Part shown: in pieces, positions 55,549-64,000 of the stretch
Numbering within the stretch: the first letter of the stretch is position 1
Layout of the letters: each line of letters opens with the position of its first letter
Position numbers and translations under genes: made by a program
The notes under the pieces: model-generated
The model's database searches: none
What the model saw: the letters and a program-made list of their open reading frames with translations, nothing else
What the model was told of the DNA's origin: nothing
DNA from: Octopus vulgaris
Taxonomy: Eukaryota
Length of the DNA stretch: 64,000 bases
Direction: 5' to 3'
Assembly: GCA_951406725.2 (NCBI GenBank)
Contig: OX597815.1
Location: forward strand, 46,562,001 to 46,626,000

Positions 55549-56238
55549 TTACAAACAATGCAACCAAATAGTTAACAATGTACAAGAAAGAACCAGTAGA
55601 TTCGTAAATGTTGTAGCACCCAATGGCGATATTCCTGAAAATCTACTGTCGTATATTGAAAGATCTGTCCGGTTGCGGCCATTTTTGGCAATCTCTGGAT
55701 TTAACTTAAGAAGATCCTGCCATGCGTTGTAAGCAGCCGCCGTAAAATTATTATCTCCAGTCGTCATTAAATCAAAAACACATGAATCGAAGTAAAAACC
55801 AGCAACATTAGCGTTACGACACGCCGTTTCAGCTTCGACTCTTAACATGTCTATTTTGTTTTCTCTTTCGTATTCTCTAAGTTTCTCTTGTCGTCGAGCT
55901 AGGAATTTTTTGTAGTCAATTTGCTGGAGTTTTGGACAGCCATCGACACACAACTCGGGTTGTTCGTCAGCAGTCGATGAGTTTACAATTTCTTCCGGCA
56001 TGCGAATCGAAAACGTGAAGTAGCGACCAATGTGACGAACTAAAATTGTAGTATCAATGTATTTTATGTGAATTTTGACGTATTTCGACGGTTCTAGCAC
56101 CTTTAGTTCAATCTCTTTGCCGGGCCCGTAATGCGTAGCGCCACCGTCGAAGGCATTTGGCAAACTTCGTTCGTGAGTGACGTATGTTATAACATTGGTT
56201 GATCCACATTTGTCATTTCTTTTGATCATCACGGTCAA
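55549..56238 (-). CDS. RGM: repulsive guidance molecule (RGM family), terminal coding exon (RGM_C domain + GPI signal)
   Basis: Motifs LTVMIK, LPNAFDGG, YIDTTILVRHIGRYFTFSIRMPEE, ELCVDGCP and YFDSCVFDLMTTGDNNFTAAA, plus a hydrophobic C-terminus. A phase-0 acceptor ctttctctctcatttcAG lies at 56240-56239 and the TAA stop at 55551-55549. The first residue is Leu, not a start codon. Confidence 0.95.
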   Translation of the reverse strand: MTVMIKRNDKCGSTNVITYVTHERSLPNAFDGGATHYGPGKEIELKVLEPSKYVKIHIKYIDTTILVRHIGRYFTFSIRMPEEIVNSSTADEQPELCVDGCPKLQQIDYKKFLARRQEKLREYERENKIDMLRVEAETACRNANVAGFYFDSCVFDLMTTGDNNFTAAAYNAWQDLLKLNPEIAKNGRNRTDLSIYDSRFSGISPLGATTFTNLLVLSCTLLTIWLHCL

Positions 56239-56310
56239 CTGAAATGAGAGAGAAAGTTAACATTGTAGTATGATAACAACAACAACAATAATAATAACAA
56301 ATAAATAATA

Positions 56311-56790
56311 ATCCTTTCTACAATAGGCACAAAATCTGAAAATTTGGAGGAAGGGGCAAGTCGATTAGATCGACCCAGTACTCAACTGGTACTTAATTTA
56401 TCGACCCTGAAAGGATGAAAGGCAAAGTCGACCTCGGCGAAATTTGAACTAAAAAAATGTAAAGACAGACGAAATACCTATTTCTTTACTACCCACAAGG
56501 GGCTAAACACAGAGAGGACAAACAAGGACAGACAAACGGATTAAGTCCATTATATCGACCCCAGTGCGTAACTGGTACTTATTTAATCGACCCCAAAAGG
56601 ATGAAAAGCAAAATCGACCTCGGTGGAATTTGAACTCAGAACGTAACGGCAGACGAAATACAGCTACGCATTTCGCCCGGCGTGCTAACGTTTCTGCCAG
56701 CTCGCCGCCTTTCTGCTAGCACAATAATATAATAACAATCCTTTCTGCTAAATGTACAAGGCCTGAAATTTTGGAGGAGGGGACTACGAT
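56311..56790 (-). mobile_element. tandem/composite SINE copies in RGM intron
   Basis: Family with head ggcggcgagctggcagaa. A further copy lies at 57790-57985. Confidence 0.8.
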
Positions 56791-56819
56791 CCCAGTATTT
56801 CACTAGAACTTAATTTGGA

Positions 56820-57699
56820 TCTTATCGGTTTGGCTGCCAGCATGAATTCTGTTCGAATTAATTTCATATTCAGTGTAATGATACACTTTCATAGGGTAAT
56901 TAATGACGTGAAAGTAATTTTCGCTATAAATTAATTAAAGTTTGAAAATGTTGGTACTTTTAGCCAATCGTAAGCCACAGATACATTTATGCCTGTTTCG
57001 ATCATAAGAAGCGGAAAATGAGAACCCTTTTGTCTCTCAACGTGCCCGTTGCCATAATAACAAGTGAATCCGAGAAGTCTTTGATAAGTCTTTTATCTGC
57101 GAGGAAGCACGTGTTGACAAATTTGACGCTGTGTTCTGTGTGATTATGGCAGCAAGCTCCTGTAACTTCGCTTCTATCATGGAAGCATTGAAAACAGGGG
57201 AAGATATTTCAAAAATTAAAACCGATAAATATTTGTTAAAAATTGTAATATGTTTATCGCATTTGCATTAAATGCATATTGAATGCTTAAATGCTTGTTT
57301 ACTCGTTGCTTTTTGTCATTGAGCAGAGGTGGTTGTGCTGTGTGCTAAAAAAAACAGCTAAATAAGATTTTTTGGATAAATCTTTTAAATTAACATAAAC
57401 ATTTATTTACATGAAAGAAAATTACAGGTGACATAACACGTGTTGTTTACAAATATTGATAACACGTGCTATTTTCAGGATGTTGACGACAAAATGCCAG
57501 CTGCCAGCTTCCCAATCCTGTTTCCTGACTAGGTGAAAATCACCAAACTTTACAACTCTAATTTTTTAAAAGCATTTTTCGGGAAAAAATGAAATAACTT
57601 TAGCAGTTCAGTTTGGGCAAGTGTATTATTGCGCAAAATTTTAAAATTTTCGGTAAACCTTCATTTTTGAAATGCTGGCAGTCAAACCGATAAGACACC
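56820..57699. mobile_element. non-autonomous DNA transposon (Kolobok-like) inserted in a SINE
   Basis: TIRs tcttatcggtttggctgccagcat (56820-56843) / atgctggcagtcaaaccgataaga (57672-57695), with TTAA close to both ends. Confidence 0.65.
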
Positions 57700-58856
57700 T
57701 TAATTTATTGACTCGTCAACTGTGGTAGAATTTGAACTCAGAACTTAGATATGATGATGATGATGATAATAATAATAATAATTATTATTATTTCTTTACT
57801 ACCCACAAGGGGCTAAACACAGAGGGGACAAACAAGGACAGACAAACGGATTAAGTTGATTACATCGACCCCAGTGCGTAACTGGTACTTAATTTATCGA
57901 CCCCGAAAGGATGAAGGGCAAAGTCGACCTCGGTGGAATTTGGTTTCAGATTTTTGACACAAGGCCTGCAATTTTTGTGGGGGGAACAAGCTGATTAAAT
58001 ACACCGAAGTGGGATTGAACCAGGAGCCGTGAAGTTGGGAAGCAAACTTCTTACCACGCAGCCACTACTACTACTACTACTCCTCACGCACACTAACGCA
58101 ATATACACTTATGCTTTAGAAGCGCACCAGCGCGCGTGTGTAATATACAAGCTTATGATATGTACGTTGGGAGCAACAGCTGTTGTTTTATAAAAGGAAA
58201 CGACAAAGTAAAGAAACGTGGTTTTCGAGTTCAGTTGTACTGATTTACAACACCCCTACATCTTCATACACACATTAGAGAAGAGAGAGCACGAGAGAGA
58301 GAGAGGGAGGGAGAGAGAGAGAGACGGAGAGAGAGCGAAAGAGAGAGAGAGGGAATTGGAGGGGGGCACAAAGGGTGGCGCTAGGTGGACAGGGGAAGTC
58401 GCTTGAAACACGGTCTATATTTCATGTGCTTCCCACTAAACTTGTCTAAGATATGATGATGATGACGTTTGCAAGGATTGATGGAGATAATATGAGAGAG
58501 AGAGAGAGAGAGAGAAATGAAAGAGAGTAAAACATTACTACACCTCTATACTTCCTTATAAAGCTACTTTAAAGCGATAATAGTAAAAGTACTAGAATAA
58601 AAGACAAAAAGAAAAAAGGGTTTCCCTTTTTTTTTCTTCGGGATGGGGGTAAAACAAAATCGGGAGCGAGTGTGAGTGAGTTACTCTCTTAATATGCTTG
58701 GTTAACGAGAGAAAATGCTTTAAACCCAGAGGCCGTTTTAACGATCAGAAGACGAGCGAAGGAAACTACATTCTGTTAGAAATAACAGCTAAATATCTTA
58801 TATACCATAATCTCTGGAAGGCAAGAAAGAAAAAAAAAAAAAAAAGAAAGGCACTT

Positions 58857-59640
58857 AAGTGGCTTTGTGGTAAGAGGTTTGCTTCCCAACCACATAGTTC
58901 CGGGTTCAGTCTCACGGCATGGCACCTTGGGCAAGTGTCTTCTATAGCCTCGGGTCGACCAAAACTTGTGAGTGGATTTGCTAGACGGAAACTAAAAGAA
59001 GCCTGTCGTATATATACGTCTGTGTGTCTGTGTTTGTCCTCTCACCATCGCTTGACAACCGATGTTGGTGTCTTTACGTGCCCGTAACTTAGCGGTTCGG
59101 CAAAAGAGACCGATAGAATAAGTACTAGGCTTACAAAGAATAAGAAAAAGATTTTTAGGCAGTGCTGGTGCTCCAGCATAGCTGCAGTAAAAAACGATTG
59201 AAACCAGTAGGAGAATATTATTATTCAGGCGGCGGCTGGCAGAATCGTTAACATGCTGGGCAAAATGTTCAGCGGTATTCCGTCTGTCTTTACGTTTTGA
59301 GTTCAAATTCAGCCGAGGTCGACTTTGCCCTTCATCCTTTCGAGATTGATAAGTACCAGTTGCGTACTGGAGTCGATCTAATCGGTTGGCCCCCTCCCAC
59401 AAAATTTCGAGCCTTGTGTCTAGAATAGAAAAGAATATTATTCAGGTGGCGTGTTGGGAGAATCGTTAGCATGCCGGTCAAAATGCTTAGCGGTATTCTG
59501 TCCGTTTTTACGTTCTGAGTTCAAATTCCACCGAGGTCGACTTTGCCTTTCATCCTTTCGGAGCCGATAAAATAAATACCAGTTGACCACAGCTACTCTC
59601 CCCGAAATTGCTGGCCTTATGCCAAAATTTGAAACTAATA
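58857..59640 (+). mobile_element. cluster of three SINEs (two families)
   Basis: 58857-59212 belongs to the ggcgtggctgtgtgg family. 59226-59440 and 59445-59640 belong to the ggcggcgagctggcag family. Confidence 0.8.
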
Positions 59641-60449
59641 TCAAAGATTATTAGGAATTGTATATAAAAAAAAAAAGTAAAAATATTGTGCATGGTAGAA
59701 GTATAGCGAATTTATTGTAGATAAATCTTTAAATCTTATATGAACCCCTAAGAGCCATATGGACCTTGGTTGATAACTGGGACTATAATCATTAACACTA
59801 ACATCAACACCAACCCAAATGAGCCAGACAGAGCCTCTCCGCGGTTACTCAGCCTGCTTAAAATCATAGCCAAAGCGCAAATCACATTACTATGCGTTTC
59901 ATATTTTAGTAGTACGGCCCGCACTATTAAATTATGAGCTTGTGTCTTGTGAAGCTCGCTTCTTGGGAAAAAGATTGCCCATATCTGATGCAAAGACAGC
60001 TTCCTTTTACCGTCTTCAGTGAAGAAAAGACGCGCAGAAAGACGAGATGATCATACTCGGACTGCCTTCTGATCATAGGTCTGCTCAATGAGGCCAACCT
60101 ATTGCTTGAAACCTAGTGCTCCTCTTCCTCCTCCTAACCACCACCGACCCTGACCCTATTTATTTCTATCTGTAGCAGACGATATAGCTAGATAAAACAA
60201 AAGAGACTTCTAATAACCGCCATATTTTCTAACCTTCATCCTTCACTTAGTTCGAGTGAGAGACACACTTGTGGAACTCTCCCTCTTTTTCTCCCTTCCT
60301 ACTTTCCCCTTCTTTCTTTCTTCCAAACTGCACTGTAACACAAAACGTATGTTAGTGGGTAAAACGATCTTTAAGCAAGCTCTGTAACCAATAACCACCC
60401 CCAGCACCTCCACCATGTACATAACCTTAAAGTAAAACATACACATACT

Positions 60450-60480
<31 letters not shown>

Positions 60481-60645
60481 TACATACTACACCTGTCACT
60501 CAAATTCTACCCTATCTCTCTCATTTTCTTTCACACTCACACAACAACAATAACAACAACGTGTGACATGCTTTATGTCAAACAACAAGTCGGCATATTC
60601 ATGCCATCAGAAAGAACCGAACATAGATAGAGAGATAGAGAAAAT

Positions 60646-60676
<31 letters not shown>

Positions 60677-61487
60677 CATATGTGTAACTGAACATCTCTC
60701 TGCTCCATGCCTCATATTTTTTGTCTGTTTAGTCTGTTTAAGCCATCAAAAAGAGAAGGGAGGGAATGAGAGAAAGTTGAAAAGGCCAGAGAGAAAGATA
60801 GATAGACAGAGGGAGGAAGAGAAGGAGGTTTATGTTTTCCTCATCTTCTCTTCTTCGGTCTTGCTTTCTCACTAATATTTTTTTTTTCTTAGTTGTGAAG
60901 TCAACTAGTGAGAGGGCGTACTAAGCACTGTCTGTTGTTGTATATAGAAGTACCACCACCACCAACAACAACAAAACCACTACCACACCACCTACCTATG
61001 AAACCCCGCCCCACCAGTACGAAGGGAAAAAAAATAAGGTTCAGTTAGATAGGGAAGTCAAGAAATCTTAAACATAGCTGCCATGTTACAAAAACAAAAA
61101 AATTCTGAGGGAATAAAAAAAAAATATTAAGACAAAAAAAAATAAATACAAAATTTTTGCGGGGTGGAAATGAAATGAAATAAAATATAATAACAAAGAA
61201 GCAAGGGATTTGTTGCAAAAGTTTATCTAGAATCCTGCTTGTTCCACTTGGCAAATTTACTTGATCAGAATCATATTTGGGTTATCCCCCTTAGCTCAAT
61301 TATTATTCCCCACCCACTAACAGTGTAAATTTTGCTGCTCCCTGTTATAATTCATCACTATAATATATATCGCCAGTAAATCATAAATCCAAAAGAGAAG
61401 CACTCTTTAAGTTATAAAGAAGTAGCGTAATTAGATTAAAGATTAGATATTACCTCTCTTCAAGAGGTAATAAGCCACCGGCCATTA

Positions 61488-61546
61488 GGGTCTGAAGATA
61501 TGCTGTAAAGCTAAGCGCTTTGTGAACGTGAAACCCTGGGTAACCT
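61488..61546 (+). ncRNA. type I hammerhead ribozyme motif
   Basis: GGGT-CTGAAGA-t-atg-ct-gtaaagc-taagc-gctttgt-gaa-cgt-GAAA-CCC-T-GGG-TA-ACCT, with a GUA site. Confidence 0.7.
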
Positions 61547-61554
61547 CATAGACC

Positions 61555-61770
61555 AGCAGTTGAAAGGGCATCCAGCTGTAAAAACCACGCCACGTAAAAA
61601 AAGCACTGAGTCCACTCTGTAGAGTGGTTGGTGGTAGGAAGGGCATCCAGCCGTAAAAACCCTGCCGTCACAGACGAAGTAGTCTGGGGCAGTCTTCTAC
61701 CTCGCCGGTTCCTGTCAACCGTCCTAGCCATGCATACATGGAAGACAGACGTTAAACGATAATGATAACA
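61555..61770 (+). mobile_element. SINE 3' part (aagggcatccagccgtaaaa domain, ..gacgttaaacgat tail)
   Basis: The aagggcatccagc(t/c)gtaaaaacc motif is duplicated. A related copy is on the minus strand at 62700-62830. Confidence 0.6.
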
Positions 61771-64000
61771 CGATTGAGTAGACTATATTTTGCAGCTGAG
61801 GTCAATTGGACCAAAATATGTCATTTAGAGGGTTAGATCAGAAATTCCTTTCATGTAGCTTTGAATGATTAATTCTCAATTTCTTAAAATTATCTCCCTC
61901 TTTCTTGGACCCAAGACCCTAGGTTTTGTTTTCCTGTTCCAACTAAGAGAGGGATTTGAGTTACTTAATAATTTATATTTACATTCGGCATTCACCCCAA
62001 TTATGACAACAAAAGTCCTACGAAGTTACTCAAAAGCAGCCCTAACTTCGTCAAATGAGACAAAACTGCCTTAAAAATAATTAAAAGAAAAAAAAAATGG
62101 AAATGTAACCTTTAATTTGATACACTAAATCCAAATAACAGAGAAAACGTTATGTTGAAACACACCGATCAAGACTCTACCGGGTCGAAATAACGACTTG
62201 ACCTACATTTGAAAGGGGTCGTAGATAAAACAGAAAGATCCAAACCGTCTGCATATGTGGTCAACATAATTTTGTTGCCAGAATTAAACATCATTCTGCA
62301 ACACCCAGATCCTATTATGTGCATAGTCATTATACGGAAAGGTACAAATGATGGAATTTCTACGTCTACTTACGGGAAAACAAACACCTCTCAAATCACA
62401 TATTAGCAAGGTACATTGAGTAATATGATCATGAATGATCTGTGCTTGGGCAAAACACTGGATGGTCACGACTTGAATGCCTTTACTAATATTTACACCG
62501 CTTTAGCAATCGGTGATGTTTGCTTACGTCCCGATGAAATAAGGACCGGACTTCAAAGAAAAAAAAAAACAAAAAAATGAATACTGGCGTTGATACGAGT
62601 GACTGAATCTTTGCAGGCGTTGTCCCACTACGAACACAATCCAATGACTAATCAATAATGCAGTCAACACTTGAGTATTATTAAAACGCTTTCTCATCTC
62701 ATCATCATTTAACGCCTGTTTTCCATGCTTGCACGGGTTGGAATGTTTGAGAGGAGCTGGTCAGCTGAAGAGCTGCCCGGGTTCCATGTCTGTTTTGGTA
62801 TGGTTTCTACAGCTGGATGCCCTTACTAACACCAAAATATCAATAATAATAATGGCTTCAAATTTTGGCGCAAGGCCAGCAATTTTAAACATTGCCGAAG
62901 GATATACGAAAAAATTAGTGAACGGTAACAACAGATGTAGAGCTAGGACAGAGTTCAAACATTTCTTTGTCACAAATATGGCCACCATCAGAAGGAATAG
63001 ATAGGAAAATGGAGAAAATGAAGTATACTCCTATTACATCACACGACACCCCTCAAGATAAACTAGGGCAAACGAGCAATCCTCAACATGATTGCGCTTT
63101 TTTGCTAAAATTAGTAGCCAAATTTTCCTCAAATTATACACCACTACTCGACTTCTTAAAATCACATAGGATATTGCAATCTTCGATTCATAGTGCATAT
63201 TAAAAAAAAGTGCTCTGCTAGAATGCCTTTGACCGAAGGTCTGCTCCATCGAGCTTGACTTGGAGCAAAATAACATCATCATCATGGAAAACATGTTTAC
63301 GCATACACGCATATAAACTTAACCCAACTATTTTACTCATTCAAAAAGCATTAAAAGAAAAATAAAGATATATGGAGATAGAAAAGACAGGTGAGAAAGA
63401 GCAAGTGAAAATGTGAATGAAAAAGAGAATGGCAAAACAGGGATGTGAAAACTGAGGAAGGAGAAAGAAGGGAGATAAAAACGGGAGAAGATAAATGACA
63501 GTGTGGATATGGTATATAACGAAAGGGCAAGAGGAGAAGAAAGACGAGAAGACAAACAACAAAGCAGCTAACTTGATATCATTGTAACAGAAGCGCTCCA
63601 AGACATCTAGACATTTCATCGGCATGCAATGATTCCTGCCTGCATGCAGCTAAAATATGTATCGCAGCTGTCACACAAACTGCAGTAATTGAACATTGAC
63701 AAACCCTTAATTTCAAAAACGTAAATTGTCACCGTTACTATATCTGCCATTGTTTAGCTCTACGGACTGGGCTTTGTACAAGACAATTTTCCCACGGATC
63801 GAGGAATCACGGGCATAACCAAACACAAAGTGTTTCATATATAATTTAATTATCACATATATAATAATACATATATATTACATATACGAGCAAAACGCCC
63901 CCCGTCCAATGGACGGTGCTGAGTTGTCAAACATTTAAACCAAATTTTCTCAAAATAACTTGTCCAACCGTTCCAGAGAAACACTGATTTAACCTAAATT

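Noticed and set aside
56239-64000. Upstream RGM exon (FGDPH motif)
   Set aside because: No GDPH-encoding segment was spotted by eye on the minus strand, and none appears in the ORF track.

Overview
This is AT-rich, microsatellite-dense eukaryotic DNA with (TA)n, (CA)n, (TATG)n, (TATC)n, (ATT)n and (CAT)n tracts. Its tRNA-derived SINE repertoire looks like that of an octopod cephalopod (inference). Only one host-gene exon is confidently recognised: the terminal coding exon of a repulsive guidance molecule (RGM) gene on the minus strand (55549-56238). There is also one intronless, hydrophobic orphan ORF (4684-5286, minus). The rest is decayed mobile DNA: Tc1/mariner elements and MITEs, hAT- and Kolobok-like MITEs, two Penelope-like elements (PLEs), R4/Dong-type retrotransposon 3' ends in microsatellites, L1/Tx1-like remnants and many SINEs. 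The main signal missed by the ORF track is a dispersed set of type-I hammerhead ribozyme (HHR) motifs. About eight copies are well formed and several more are decayed, in at least five sequence families. Most sit in short non-coding PLE-pLTR/retrozyme-like units beside (TA)n tracts, and several are linked to fold-back inverted duplications. A near-perfect 1.46-kb palindrome lies at 28685-30148. Most ORFs in the supplied track are microsatellite artefacts. All alignments and foldings were done by eye, and no ribozyme activity is demonstrated.
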